From the NCBI GenBank assembly GCA_963842295.1, contig CAWJFY010000006.1, positions 182,109 to 246,108 of the forward strand: a stretch of DNA of 64,000 nt, written 5' to 3'. Origin of the DNA: an uncultured Actinomycetota bacterium (lineage in GTDB: Bacteria; Actinomycetota; UBA4738; HRBIN12). Below the pieces are notes generated by a model. That model had not been told where the DNA came from. It ran no database searches and worked only from the letters and a program-made list of their open reading frames with translations. Both the position numbers and the translations under genes were made by a program. This document shows positions 38,203 through 47,705 of the stretch, piece after piece (the first letter of the stretch is position 1; every line of letters begins with the position of its first letter).

Positions 38203-39341
38203 GCGGAGACGTCGGGTTGGTCCGGTGCCCTGAGGCCCGGATCTACGACCACGGGCCGGGCCATCCGCTCAGGCCCGACCGGGTTCTGCTGACCTGGGAC
38301 CTGATCGCCGCGACGGGTCTCGACGCACGTCCGGGTGTCGCGGTGCTCGGCTGCGAGCCGGCGTCGGACGAGGTGCTCGGTCTCGTGCACGCGGCGGACT
38401 ACATCGAGGCGACGAAGGCCGCCGGGAACGGTGAGGTCGGCGACTGGACCCGGTTCGGCTACGGGCCCGGAGACAACCCGATCTTCGACCGGATGCACGA
38501 TGCGGGGGCGCTGGTCGCCGGCGCGTCCGTGGACGCCGCCCGGGCCGTGTGGCGCGGCGAGAGACTCCACGCGTTCAACGCCGCCGGCGGGCTGCATCAC
38601 GCGATGCCCGCAAGGGCCAGCGGCTTCTGCGTCTACGACGACCCGGCGGTCGCGATCGCCTGGTTGCTCCAGGAAGGCGCCGAGCGGATCGCCTACGTCG
38701 ACGTCGACGTCCATCACGGCGACGGCGTGCAGGCGATCTTCTGGGACGAGCCGCGGGTCCTGACGATCTCGATCCATCAGTACCTGCCGGGGTGGTTCTT
38801 CCCCGGGACCGGCGCGATGTCCGAGCGAGGAGGCCCGGGGGCCCGGGGCTCCGCGATCAACGTGCCGCTGCCCCCCGACACCGGCGACGACGCGTGGCTC
38901 GACGCCTTCCGGGCCGTGATCCCGCCGGCGGTCTCGGGCTTCGGCCCCGACGTTCTGGTGACCCAGCTCGGGTGCGACACCCACGCCTCCGATCCCCTCG
39001 CTCAGCTCCTGCTGACCACCCGGACCTACCGCGAGTGCGCGAAGGAGTTGCACACGCTCGCGCATGCCGCCGCCGCCGGTCGCTGGGTGGCGACCGGCGG
39101 CGGCGGCTACCAGTGGGCGCGGGTCGTCCCGCGCGCCTGGACCCTCTACTTCGCCGAGATGGCCGACGCCCTCGACGACCTGCCCGATGAGCTCCCGGAG
39201 GGGTTCGTCGAAGAGGCGGAGCGCAAGTCGGGCGGTGCCGTCCCCACGACGTTCTCGGAACCCGATCTCGGGCCAGGACCTGCCGATGACGGCGCGCGCG
39301 CCGTCATCGAGCAGGTCCGTCGCCTCGTCCTCGAACCATGA
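38199..39341 (+). CDS. acuC: AcuC-like histone deacetylase family protein
   Basis: HPLRPDR, GGLHHA, SGFCVY, DVDVHHGDGVQ, FPGTG, GCDTH, GGGGY. Confidence 0.85.
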   Translation: MSGDVGLVRCPEARIYDHGPGHPLRPDRVLLTWDLIAATGLDARPGVAVLGCEPASDEVLGLVHAADYIEATKAAGNGEVGDWTRFGYGPGDNPIFDRMHDAGALVAGASVDAARAVWRGERLHAFNAAGGLHHAMPARASGFCVYDDPAVAIAWLLQEGAERIAYVDVDVHHGDGVQAIFWDEPRVLTISIHQYLPGWFFPGTGAMSERGGPGARGSAINVPLPPDTGDDAWLDAFRAVIPPAVSGFGPDVLVTQLGCDTHASDPLAQLLLTTRTYRECAKELHTLAHAAAAGRWVATGGGGYQWARVVPRAWTLYFAEMADALDDLPDELPEGFVEEAERKSGGAVPTTFSEPDLGPGPADDGARAVIEQVRRLVLEP

Positions 39342-40753
39342 GCTCGCGGACGAAGCTCGTCTGCACGCTCGGGCCGGCGAGCGCCACGCCCAAGATGGTC
39401 CGGGGGCTCGTCGAGGCGGGGGCGTCCGTCTTCCGCATCAACTGCTCGCACGGCACGCCGGACGACCACGCTCGTGGCGTCTCGATCGTGCGGGAGGTGG
39501 AGCAGTCGACCGGCCTCGCGTTGGCGATCCTCGCCGACCTGCCGGGTCCCAAGGTTCGCCTCGCCGACGTGGATCCCGATCCGTTCGCGTTCCGGCCCGG
39601 GCAGGGGTTCGAACTGCGCCCGGGGGGCTCCGGTGACGCGAACGGTGCCTCGACGACCTACCCGGGCCTCGCCGGGGACCTCCGTGAAGGGGACCGGATC
39701 CTGCTCGCCGACGGAGCCGTGGAGCTCACCGTCGTTGGGATCGTCGGCGACGTGGTGCACACCGAGTGCGTGCGCGCCGGCGCGGTGCACAGCCACCAAG
39801 GGGTGAACGTCCCCGCCGAGCGATTGAGCCTTCCCCCCGTCACCGACCGCGACCGGGAGATGCTCCGCCACGTGCTCGACCTGGGGGTCGACCTCGTGGC
39901 GCAATCGTTCGTCCGGGACCCTTCGGACATCGAGGAGCTCAGGACATCGATGGGGGACCGGCCGGTTCCGATCGTCGCGAAGATCGAGACGCGGCCTGCC
40001 GTCGAGGACTTCGAACGGATCCTGGAGGTGGCCGATGCCGCGATGGTCGCCCGCGGAGACCTCGGCGTGGAGCTCCCGATGGAGGAGATCCCGCTCGTGC
40101 AGAAGCGGCTCCTGCGAGCGGCGCAGATCGCGAGCCGTCCCGTGATCGTCGCCACGCAGATGTTGGAGTCGATGATCCGATCGCCGCGTCCCACCCGCGC
40201 GGAGGCGAACGACGTGGCCACCGCGGTCCTGGACGGCGCGGACGCGATCATGCTCTCGGGCGAGACCGCGATCGGCGACTACCCCTTCGAGGCGGCCTCG
40301 GCCGCGACGCGGATCGCGAGGGCGGTCGAGTCACAGGGCGCCGAGTACCGGGCGGCGCAGCCACCCTGCATGCACGCGGGGGAGGCCGCCGCCGTCGCCC
40401 ACGCCGCCGCCTCGATCGTCGAGGGCGACTCCGACGTCGTGGCGATCACGTGCTACACGACCACCGGCCGGACCGCCGCGCTGCTCTCCGAGGAGCGTCC
40501 GCGGGTCCCGATCCACGCGTTCATCCCCGACGCCGACGTCCGGAGGGCGAACGGACTGCTGTGGGGCGTGGAGACGCACCCCGCCAGTCGACCGGAGGAC
40601 ACCGACCAGATGATCGCCATGATGGATGAGGCTCTGCGCGCCGCCGGGCTCGCCGCCGAGGGAGATACGGTCGTGATGGCGGCGTCGATGCCCGCCGGGC
40701 GAACGACCACGAACATGCTCAAGGTGCACCAGGTCGGCCTGACGGAGGTCTGA
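39338..40753 (+). CDS. pyk: Pyruvate kinase
   Basis: RTKLVCTLGPAS, DLPGPKVR, MVARGDLGVE, ATQMLESM, PTRAEANDV, MLSGETA. Confidence 0.96.
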   Translation: MSSRTKLVCTLGPASATPKMVRGLVEAGASVFRINCSHGTPDDHARGVSIVREVEQSTGLALAILADLPGPKVRLADVDPDPFAFRPGQGFELRPGGSGDANGASTTYPGLAGDLREGDRILLADGAVELTVVGIVGDVVHTECVRAGAVHSHQGVNVPAERLSLPPVTDRDREMLRHVLDLGVDLVAQSFVRDPSDIEELRTSMGDRPVPIVAKIETRPAVEDFERILEVADAAMVARGDLGVELPMEEIPLVQKRLLRAAQIASRPVIVATQMLESMIRSPRPTRAEANDVATAVLDGADAIMLSGETAIGDYPFEAASAATRIARAVESQGAEYRAAQPPCMHAGEAAAVAHAAASIVEGDSDVVAITCYTTTGRTAALLSEERPRVPIHAFIPDADVRRANGLLWGVETHPASRPEDTDQMIAMMDEALRAAGLAAEGDTVVMAASMPAGRTTTNMLKVHQVGLTEV

Positions 40754-40812
40754 GAGGAGGAAAGGGCGATCCGGCCGTTGTGCCATGCGGCGAACGCGCG
40801 TAGCGTGGATGT

Positions 40813-40992
40813 ATGGGCAGAGCGCCGAACGAGGTACCCGGCCGACCGGTCAGCACGGTCGTCCCGATCTGGAGTGACAACGAGGACCCCGCCGGGAAGG
40901 CGCAGCGCCGGCGCGCGGCGGTCGCGTGGCGCCGCCGTCATCCTTCGTGGTGGCAACGCGTGGTGCTGCGGAAGTCACCCTCCGACGACTGA
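40813..40992 (+). CDS. Candidate leaderless small protein (59 aa)
   Basis: TAGCGT (40801-40806), 6 nt, ATG; MGRAPNEVPGRPVSTVVPIWSDNEDPAGKAQRRRAAVAWRRRHPSWWQRVVLRKSPSDD. Confidence 0.45.
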   Translation: MGRAPNEVPGRPVSTVVPIWSDNEDPAGKAQRRRAAVAWRRRHPSWWQRVVLRKSPSDD

Positions 40993-41472
40993 ACCCGGCT
41001 TCCCCGGCTCGCCGAGCGCTCGCAGCATCCGATCTTGCAGCCACGTCAAGTAGACGTAGACCTGGAACGCGTCGTGGTTCGCGTCTCCCTCCGGGTAGTC
41101 GCGCTCCGTCGACTCCTCCGAGATGTCGATCCGCGTTCCGAGCAGCAGACGGAAGTCGTTCACGGCCCCCATCCATACGAGCAGTTCCTCTTCGGTGAGC
41201 TCCGACGCCTCGACCGTCCGTTCCAACGTCTCGATCGCCGCGAGCTTGCCGGTCCTCGGTGAGTCGCCGAGGTTCGTCTCGAACTCGAGGCTCCGCAGCG
41301 GATCGTCCTTGTACGCAGCGGGGAACAGACGGGCGATCGACGGATCGCTCGAGGGGTCCTCCTCCTCCAAGAGCTCACGGGACTGACGGCAGAGCTCGGC
41401 GAGGAGCTCGCGCTCGCCGCTGCCGAGATTCACGATGAATCTGCCTCGCCGCCGGCGGAACGGGCCCGCCAC
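40975..41472 (-). CDS. DUF2017 family protein
   Basis: DPSIARLFPAAYKDDP...WMGAVNDFRLLLGTRI...YLTWLQD; follows clpS. Confidence 0.85.
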   Translation of the reverse strand: MAGPFRRRRGRFIVNLGSGERELLAELCRQSRELLEEEDPSSDPSIARLFPAAYKDDPLRSLEFETNLGDSPRTGKLAAIETLERTVEASELTEEELLVWMGAVNDFRLLLGTRIDISEESTERDYPEGDANHDAFQVYVYLTWLQDRMLRALGEPGKPGSVVGG

Positions 41473-41473
41473 G

Positions 41474-41776
41474 TCACGCATCCTTCTGAAGCGTCGCCCA
41501 CAAGCCGTGCGCATGCAGGCGGGCGACGTCGGACTCCGCCTTCTCCCGTGACCCGTTCGACACGACCGCCTTCCCTTTCGAGTGCACGTCCCACATCAGG
41601 CGCTCCGCCTTCTCCCGGGGGTAGCCGAAGAGCTTCATGAACACCCACGTCACGTACGTCATCAGGTTGATGGGGTCGTTCCACACGATGACGATCCACG
41701 GGAGGTCGGGCTCGTGGACCTCCTCACCCACCGGACGGTCGACATGGACGGGCGCCGTCGTGGTGCCCGTGCTCAT
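41474..41776 (-). CDS. clpS: Clp protease adaptor ClpS
   Basis: [21 protein letters not shown]...[13 protein letters not shown]...LHAHGLWAT. Confidence 0.95.
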   Translation of the reverse strand: MSTGTTTAPVHVDRPVGEEVHEPDLPWIVIVWNDPINLMTYVTWVFMKLFGYPREKAERLMWDVHSKGKAVVSNGSREKAESDVARLHAHGLWATLQKDA

Positions 41777-42054
41777 CGGTCTCGCTCCCTCGGCTCGTCG
41801 TCGACGGACATCGTGATCGTCACGGTGTCACCGGCCGCTCGCCCCGCGGCCCGCAGGGTCGCCTTGTGAACGCCGAGGACCAAGCGCCCGCCCATCGAGG
41901 CGACGTTGCTCCGGTACTCGGTCCCGTCGAGCGTCCCGCGCACGCGCGTCATGTGCCTTGCTCCGATCCGCTCGGCGAGCGCACGGCCGACTTCGACCGC
42001 GTGCCCGCCTCCCTTCGCGGACTCCACGACGGCCTTGAATCTGACAGAGGTCAT
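41773..42054 (-). CDS. DUF1905-like small protein
   Basis: FKAVVE...[15 protein letters not shown]...[21 protein letters not shown]. Confidence 0.75.
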   Translation of the reverse strand: MTSVRFKAVVESAKGGGHAVEVGRALAERIGARHMTRVRGTLDGTEYRSNVASMGGRLVLGVHKATLRAAGRAAGDTVTITMSVDDEPRERDR

Positions 42055-42836
42055 GACGATGGTTTGGCGGGGCGCGCCCGACGAACCCGCCGGACGCCCC
42101 AACGATAGAGGGGCGGTGTGGCGATCCGGAAGAGCTGCAGGGGGCTCAGCCACCGGGGGATCGAGTACTCGGGAGCGATCTCGTCGCGAACCACCTTCAC
42201 GATCGCATCGGTCACGGTGCGCATCTTGAGCACCGCCCAATCCGGGAGATCCCCCTGAGGGAATCCCTCCGTGTCGACGAAGCCCGGGTTCACCGAGGTC
42301 ACGTGGACGTTCCGACCCTCCGTCTCGTAGTTCATCGCCTCCGAGAACGCGACGACCGCGTGCTTGGTGGCGCCGTAGATCGGGTTGCCCGGTGTCGCGA
42401 AGCGCCCTGCCATCGATCCGATGTTGACGACGTGTCCCTTCCCGCGCGCGAGCATGCCCGGGAGGAACGTGCGGGTGCCGAACATCACGCCCAGGACGTT
42501 CAGCCGGACGTGCTCCTCGATCCGGTCGTAGTCGAGCTTCGTGAACTCGCCGCCGCCGCGCATGCCCGCGCTGTTCACGAGCACGTCGGTCGGACCGAAC
42601 GCCTCTTCGGCCACCACTCGGAGGGTCTCGAGCTGGTCGGGACGGGTGACGTCGCAGGTGGCGGCGAGCGCTCGCCCCCCGGCCTTCTCGATCCGATCGA
42701 CGACGGCGTTCAGCCGCTGGGTGCGCCTGGCCGCGAGCACGACGCGCGCGCCTCGCTTCGAGAACGCGAGCGCGGTCGCCTCGCCGATCCCGGACGAGGC
42801 GCCGGTCACGACCACGACGGCTCTCTCGATGTTCAG
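42051..42836 (-). CDS. Short-chain dehydrogenase/reductase
   Basis: VTGASSGIG, LVNSAG, YGATKHAV, VNPGFVDT; possible CTG start after GAGGGGG. Confidence 0.9.
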   Translation of the reverse strand: MNIERAVVVVTGASSGIGEATALAFSKRGARVVLAARRTQRLNAVVDRIEKAGGRALAATCDVTRPDQLETLRVVAEEAFGPTDVLVNSAGMRGGGEFTKLDYDRIEEHVRLNVLGVMFGTRTFLPGMLARGKGHVVNIGSMAGRFATPGNPIYGATKHAVVAFSEAMNYETEGRNVHVTSVNPGFVDTEGFPQGDLPDWAVLKMRTVTDAIVKVVRDEIAPEYSIPRWLSPLQLFRIATPPLYRWGVRRVRRARPAKPSS

Positions 42837-42864
42837 GAAGACCCCCTCGTACGATGGTGATGCC

Positions 42865-43689
42865 TTGGACGTTATCGAAGCCCACGCGAGCCGTCTGCCG
42901 GTGCTCGATGAGCGCTGGGACCCGCGGCCGTACCCGCGCGAGGAGTTGACGCGGGCGTTGGTGGCAGGCGGCGTCGCCGGGCCCGCGGGGCACCCGCACC
43001 ACAACGTCTTCGGGAACATCCGGATGCTCGTCGAGCACGACCCGGACAAGCTCTTCGGCCTGTCGGACATGCCCGAGCCGTTCGGGTTCGAGGACATCGT
43101 CCGGATCGTCGGCGAGGCGGCGGGCGTGCCGATCGACGCGCTCGCCACCGAGGGAGCGCCGGACATCGATGCCGGCGCGGTGCTTGACGCCTGTGCCGCG
43201 ATGGGGGAGCGATTGGCGGAGGCCGCGCGCCGCCGCGAGCGGATCCTGTTCGCCACGGGTCACCCGGGAGATCTCGACCCGCTGTACGGGTCGATCGCGG
43301 AGCTCGCGGCGGCGCGCGGCGCCCGGATCGTCAGGCCCGCGGAGGGTGGATCGTGGAGCGACACGCGCGCAGGACACGACTGGACGATCGCGTACCACGG
43401 AGCGGTGGGGATGGTGACGGACGGTGAGCGCCCGCGACACACACACCGACCGGACGCGATCCAGCGGATGCTCGAGGAGGAGCGCCCCGACCTCGTGGTC
43501 GCCGATCACGGGTTCGCCGGTGCGGCGATCGAAGCCGGTGTCGAGACCCTCTCGATCGCGGACGTGAACGACCCGGCTTTGATCGTGGCGAAGGCTCAGG
43601 GCCGGACGGAGGTCGTGGTCGTGCTCGACGACCACGTGCCGCCAGAGGCCTATTGGCCCTGCTTCCAGGCGGTCGCGGCGAGCCTCTGA
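42865..43689 (+). CDS. Actinobacterial 'phosphatase' family protein
   Basis: LFATGHPG, HTHRPD, PDLVVADHGFAGAA, ADVNDPAL, LDDHV; start approximate. Confidence 0.8.
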   Translation: MDVIEAHASRLPVLDERWDPRPYPREELTRALVAGGVAGPAGHPHHNVFGNIRMLVEHDPDKLFGLSDMPEPFGFEDIVRIVGEAAGVPIDALATEGAPDIDAGAVLDACAAMGERLAEAARRRERILFATGHPGDLDPLYGSIAELAAARGARIVRPAEGGSWSDTRAGHDWTIAYHGAVGMVTDGERPRHTHRPDAIQRMLEEERPDLVVADHGFAGAAIEAGVETLSIADVNDPALIVAKAQGRTEVVVVLDDHVPPEAYWPCFQAVAASL

Positions 43690-43827
43690 GCCGTCGCGAC
43701 CCGACAGGTCCGATCACTTCGTAGCGACGCGGGTCCCGAGAAGCCCTCTGGCACAAAGTTCCGTGAGGGGTCGCCGATGGCAGGGCTATCCCATCCCGAG
43801 GGGCCTGGGGTACCATCGCCACACGGA

Positions 43828-44028
43828 ATGGTGATGCCAGAACCCTTCACCGAGGCTCGGCTGCTGACCGCGACTGAGGTCGCGGACCTGATGCGCGTGT
43901 CCAGGATGACCGTCTACCGATTGATCAAGTCCGGCGAGATGCCTTCGCTCCGCGTGGGCAAGGGCTACCGCTTCCGAGAGGAAGACGTCCACGACTACCT
44001 GAGGGGGCGTTACACGGAGGCCGGCTGA
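43828..44028 (+). CDS. Excisionase-family (HTH_17) DNA-binding protein, Rv0500A-like
   Basis: LLTATEVADLMRVSRMTVYRLIKSGEMPSLRVGKGYRF. Confidence 0.9.
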   Translation: MVMPEPFTEARLLTATEVADLMRVSRMTVYRLIKSGEMPSLRVGKGYRFREEDVHDYLRGRYTEAG

Positions 44029-44093
44029 CGCCGGCCAACGAAGGGCGCCCAACACGCGCGCAAGCCGAACCTCCGCGAAGGGCGGGGGGCGCG

Positions 44094-44984
44094 ATGAACG
44101 AGCACGACCGGCTCGTCGACAGGGCCGCACGCGAAGCGCGGGCCGTCCTGTTCGTCGGCGGGCTCGATTCAGGGAAGAGCTCGATGGCGCGCGCGACGGC
44201 GGCGTTCGCGCTCCATGTGGGGAGATCCGTCGCCTACCTCGATGCCGACGTCTCACAGAAGACGGTCGGGCCGCCGGGCACGGTCGGTCTGAAGCACATC
44301 CGCGAGCCCGACGACCTCACGCACGAGCGGATGGCCATCGCCGATGCGATCGGGTTCGTGGGGTCGACATCGCCGCAGGACCACCTGCTCCCGCTCGTCG
44401 GCGCGCTCGCGCGTCTGCGCGAGCGCGCCCACGACGAGGGTGCCGACCTCGTGGTCGTCGACACGGGCGGCGAGGTCTCGGGGATCCGAGGTCAGCTCGT
44501 GAAGTACTACAAGGTCGACACCTTGGAGCCCGACCTGGTGGTCGCGCTCCAGCGCGGGGAGGAGCTCGAGCCGATCGTCGGGGTCGTCGAACGCTTCTTC
44601 GGCGTGGAGGTCGTCCGGCTCGGCATCCACCCGGCCGTGGTTCCCACGACGGTCGACGAGCGGATGGCGCAGCGCGAGGAGGCTATGCGCAAGTACTTCG
44701 ACCAGCCGCTGCAGCGCTTCCGCGTCCGCCCGACCGTGTTCATGCCGACGCTCCCGCCTCTTTTCGACCTCTCGCAGCTCGATCGTCTGCTGGTGGGCCT
44801 GTCCGACGGCGAGGGCGGCTTCACCGGCATCGGCTACCTCGAACCCGTGTCGGCCAACGGGGGCCTTCGTCTGATCTCGCCGGTCGCAGACCCGCCCAAA
44901 GCGCTTAGACTGGGCTCCGTTCGTCTGGAGGAGAGCTTCCGAGCGAAGCGGGTCGACCTCCGGAACCTCTTCGGAACCGAATGA
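44094..44984 (+). CDS. Clp1/Grc3-family polynucleotide 5'-hydroxyl kinase
   Basis: P-loop VGGLDSGKSS, LDADVSQKTVGPPG, FVGSTSP, VVDTGG, K...LEPDLVVALQRGEEL. Confidence 0.8.
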   Translation: MNEHDRLVDRAAREARAVLFVGGLDSGKSSMARATAAFALHVGRSVAYLDADVSQKTVGPPGTVGLKHIREPDDLTHERMAIADAIGFVGSTSPQDHLLPLVGALARLRERAHDEGADLVVVDTGGEVSGIRGQLVKYYKVDTLEPDLVVALQRGEELEPIVGVVERFFGVEVVRLGIHPAVVPTTVDERMAQREEAMRKYFDQPLQRFRVRPTVFMPTLPPLFDLSQLDRLLVGLSDGEGGFTGIGYLEPVSANGGLRLISPVADPPKALRLGSVRLEESFRAKRVDLRNLFGTE

Positions 44985-44997
44985 AAGGCTTGGATCT

Positions 44998-45099
44998 GTG
45001 CCGTCCCTCGTGAAGAAGCGCCGGAAGAAGATGCGCAAGAAGAAGCACAAGAAGCTGCTCAAGCGCACCCGGCACCAGCGCCTCAAGCTGGGTAAGTAG
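44998..45099 (+). CDS. 30S ribosomal protein bS22 (AURKAIP1/COX24 family)
   Basis: MPSLVKKRRKKMRKKKHKKLLKRTRHQRLKLGK; below the ORF-track cutoff. Confidence 0.92.
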   Translation: MPSLVKKRRKKMRKKKHKKLLKRTRHQRLKLGK

Positions 45100-45115
45100 C
45101 GGCGGGAGTCTCGGC

Positions 45116-45883
45116 GTGCACACGCCGATCCACGGGAGGGCCGTTCGAACACTTGCGGTCGTGGCACTGCTCCTTTCCGCGTGTGGAGGCGACGCCCCGG
45201 AGGGATCGACGGCGGGTTCGAGGGACATCACGTTCGAGTCCTCCGACGGCGTCACGCTCGCCGGCCGCCTGTTCGGGCCGAACGAGGGCACCGCGGGCGT
45301 CGTGCTCGCGCATATGGCTCCCTCCGATCAGAGCGGTTGGTACTTCTTCGCGAACCGCTTGGGCCAGCGCGGCTATCGGGTCCTGACGTTCAACTTCCGC
45401 GGCTACTGTCCGGGAGGCGACGCGGGCTGCTCGGAGGGCGAGAAGGACCCCGCACTCATCTGGCAGGACGTGCAGGGGGCCATCGAAACGCTCCGGGGCG
45501 AGGGGGCGACGCGGATCGGGCTCGTCGGTGCCAGCATGGGAGGGACGGCGTCGCTCGTGATCGCGTCGAAAGAGGGGAAGGGCATCGACGTCGTGGTCAC
45601 GCTCTCGGCACCGACTGCCTTCGAAGGGCTCGAAGCGGGGAACGAGGTGCTCACCCAGGTGACGGCGGCGAAGCTCTTCATCGCCGGACACGAGGACGTG
45701 GGCGCGGTGCAGGCGGTGGACACCTTCTACGCGCAGAGCGTGCAACCGAAGCGGCCGGTGATCCTCACGACCGGCGATCACGGGACGGACATCCTCACGG
45801 GCAACCAGGCGGGGATCGCGAGTACGGAGATGATCGGGTGGCTCGAGCGCTACCTGCCCATCTCCGGGCCGGCCAACGGATGA
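45116..45883 (+). CDS. Alpha/beta hydrolase lipoprotein
   Basis: Lipobox LLSAC; FNFRGY; GASMGG; DHG. Confidence 0.85.
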   Translation: MHTPIHGRAVRTLAVVALLLSACGGDAPEGSTAGSRDITFESSDGVTLAGRLFGPNEGTAGVVLAHMAPSDQSGWYFFANRLGQRGYRVLTFNFRGYCPGGDAGCSEGEKDPALIWQDVQGAIETLRGEGATRIGLVGASMGGTASLVIASKEGKGIDVVVTLSAPTAFEGLEAGNEVLTQVTAAKLFIAGHEDVGAVQAVDTFYAQSVQPKRPVILTTGDHGTDILTGNQAGIASTEMIGWLERYLPISGPANG

Positions 45884-46674
45884 CGCGTCCGATCGTCTTC
45901 CTCTCCGACTACGGGCGCAGCGACTCGTTCGTCGGGATCTGCCACGGGATCATGGCGAGGATCGCAGCGGACGTGCGGATCGTCGACCTCACGCATTCCG
46001 TCCCGCGCCAGGACGTCCTCCGTGGAGCCGTGGAGCTCGCCCGCGCGATCGCCTACATGCCCGCGGACGCGGTCTACGTCGCGGTCGTGGACCCGGGGGT
46101 CGGGTCCGACCGGCGTGCCGTGGCGGCGGCCGCGGGCTCATCGCTCCTCGTCGGGCCGGACAACGGGCTGCTCTCCCTGGCGTGGGAAGTGCTCGGAGGT
46201 GTCGATGCCGCCGTGGAGATCGAGAGCGAGGCGGTCGTGCTGGCGCCCGTGTCGCGGACGTTCCACGGCCGGGACATCTTCGCCCCGGCGGCCGCCCATC
46301 TGGCTGCGGGCATGCTGCTCGAGGATCTCGGACCCGCCGTGGACGTGGCCACCCTGGAGCGGTTGGACGTGCCGGGTCCGATGGTGGCGGAGGGAGCCGT
46401 GGGCGCCCGGGTGACGGGGACGGACGGCTACGGGAACGTGCAGCTGAACGCCACCGAGCTCGACCTGGATGCTGCGGGCGTCACCGACGGTCGGGTCCTG
46501 GTCGTGAACGGCCGGAGGCTGCCCCGTGCGGGGACCTTCGCCGAGCTTCCCGAACGAGAGCCCGGGTTGATCGTGGATTCGGACGGACACCTCGCCATCG
46601 TGGTGAACCACGGGAACGCGGCGGGGATGCTCGGTCTGGCCGCCGGCGACGCCGTCGTGGTGGAGGGTCCCTAG
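45880..46674 (+). CDS. SAM hydroxide adenosyltransferase / chlorinase-fluorinase family (DUF62)
   Basis: FLSDYG, DLTH, VVDPGVGSDRR, GPDNGLL, SRTFHGRDIFAP. Confidence 0.92.
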   Translation: MTRPIVFLSDYGRSDSFVGICHGIMARIAADVRIVDLTHSVPRQDVLRGAVELARAIAYMPADAVYVAVVDPGVGSDRRAVAAAAGSSLLVGPDNGLLSLAWEVLGGVDAAVEIESEAVVLAPVSRTFHGRDIFAPAAAHLAAGMLLEDLGPAVDVATLERLDVPGPMVAEGAVGARVTGTDGYGNVQLNATELDLDAAGVTDGRVLVVNGRRLPRAGTFAELPEREPGLIVDSDGHLAIVVNHGNAAGMLGLAAGDAVVVEGP

Positions 46675-46817
46675 GGGAGCGGGCTCGGCAGCTCCCCGGG
46701 GCTGGTGGGGCCTCGCAGGGGTCCGTGGTCCTGGCCCGAGAGCTGCAGCTGCCAGATGGTGGCGCCCACGAGCAGTGAGCACAACACGATGAGCACGATC
46801 AGGGTGGGGCGTCGCAC
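46671..46817 (-). CDS. Candidate leaderless single-TM small protein (48 aa)
   Basis: TAGCCT (46830-46825), 7 nt, GTG; MRRPTLIVLIVLCSLLVGATIWQLQLSGQDHGPLRGPTSPGELPSPLP. Confidence 0.6.
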   Translation of the reverse strand: MRRPTLIVLIVLCSLLVGATIWQLQLSGQDHGPLRGPTSPGELPSPLP

Positions 46818-46835
46818 GCGGGCGAGGCTACCGGC

Positions 46836-47639
46836 TCACCGCGCCGTTCGCCCCGCCGACGCCAGCGCCAGCTCCGTTCGCTCCCTCATCTGCACCATCG
46901 TGGTCGCGAGGCGATCCTCGTGACCCAGCGCGGGTCGCAGATCCACCTCGAGTGACACGGCACCGTCGAATCCCGACACGGCGAGGTCCTCGAGGAACGC
47001 GTCGAGGTCGAGCACGCCGTCTCCGGGCGGCAGGTGGGAGTCCCATCCCTTCCCCGCGTTGTCGGACAGATGCACGTGTCGCAGTCGATCCCCGAAGAGC
47101 CGGCGGACCTCGATCAGATCGTGCTTCGCCACGGCCGCGTGCGAGGTGTCGAGCACCAGGTGAGGGAGGCCGTCGAGCGCCGCGAGATCCTGGTTCGAAT
47201 GGAACGTCACGTCCCTGCCGGCCACGCGGACCGGGAACATGTTCTCCACCGCCACGGCGACGCCCGTCCGTTCCTCGAGGCTGGGAAGGTCCTCGACGAG
47301 CCACCGACGGAACGCCCGCTGCCACCGATAGGGCGGATGCACGACCACCACCGGGACGTCCGCGTCCGCCGCCACCTCCACGGAGCGATCGATCTTCCCG
47401 ATCGGATCCGTGCCCCAGACCTTCCTGGTGAGCAACAGGCACGGCGCGTGCATCGCGCCCACCGCAAGCCCGAACTCCTCGGCGAGCGCTCGGATGCGCA
47501 CCGGATCCTGGCTCTCGGGATCCTTCGTCACCATGACCTCGACGCCGCGATAGCCGCACTCGGCTGCGAGCCGGAAGGTCCAGGGAAGTGGCCGCGCGAA
47601 GAAGGCAGCCGATGAGAACAGGACTGGGGGGGAAGCCAT
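46836..47639 (-). CDS. Sugar phosphate isomerase/epimerase (TIM-barrel) family protein
   Basis: GYRGVEVM, HAPCLL, VVVHPPYRWQ, AVENMFP, LDTSH, HVHLSD, HLPPG. Confidence 0.88.
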   Translation of the reverse strand: MASPPVLFSSAAFFARPLPWTFRLAAECGYRGVEVMVTKDPESQDPVRIRALAEEFGLAVGAMHAPCLLLTRKVWGTDPIGKIDRSVEVAADADVPVVVVHPPYRWQRAFRRWLVEDLPSLEERTGVAVAVENMFPVRVAGRDVTFHSNQDLAALDGLPHLVLDTSHAAVAKHDLIEVRRLFGDRLRHVHLSDNAGKGWDSHLPPGDGVLDLDAFLEDLAVSGFDGAVSLEVDLRPALGHEDRLATTMVQMRERTELALASAGRTAR

Positions 47640-47705
47640 CGCCTCCGATGCTACCGGCCGAAGCCCTCGTCGGAACGCACGAGGGCGGTGCGTATCCTGG
47701 GGTCC

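Noticed and set aside
43828-44028. Excisionase as evidence of a prophage
   Set aside because: Core Rv0500A-like gene in its usual context; no phage genes nearby.
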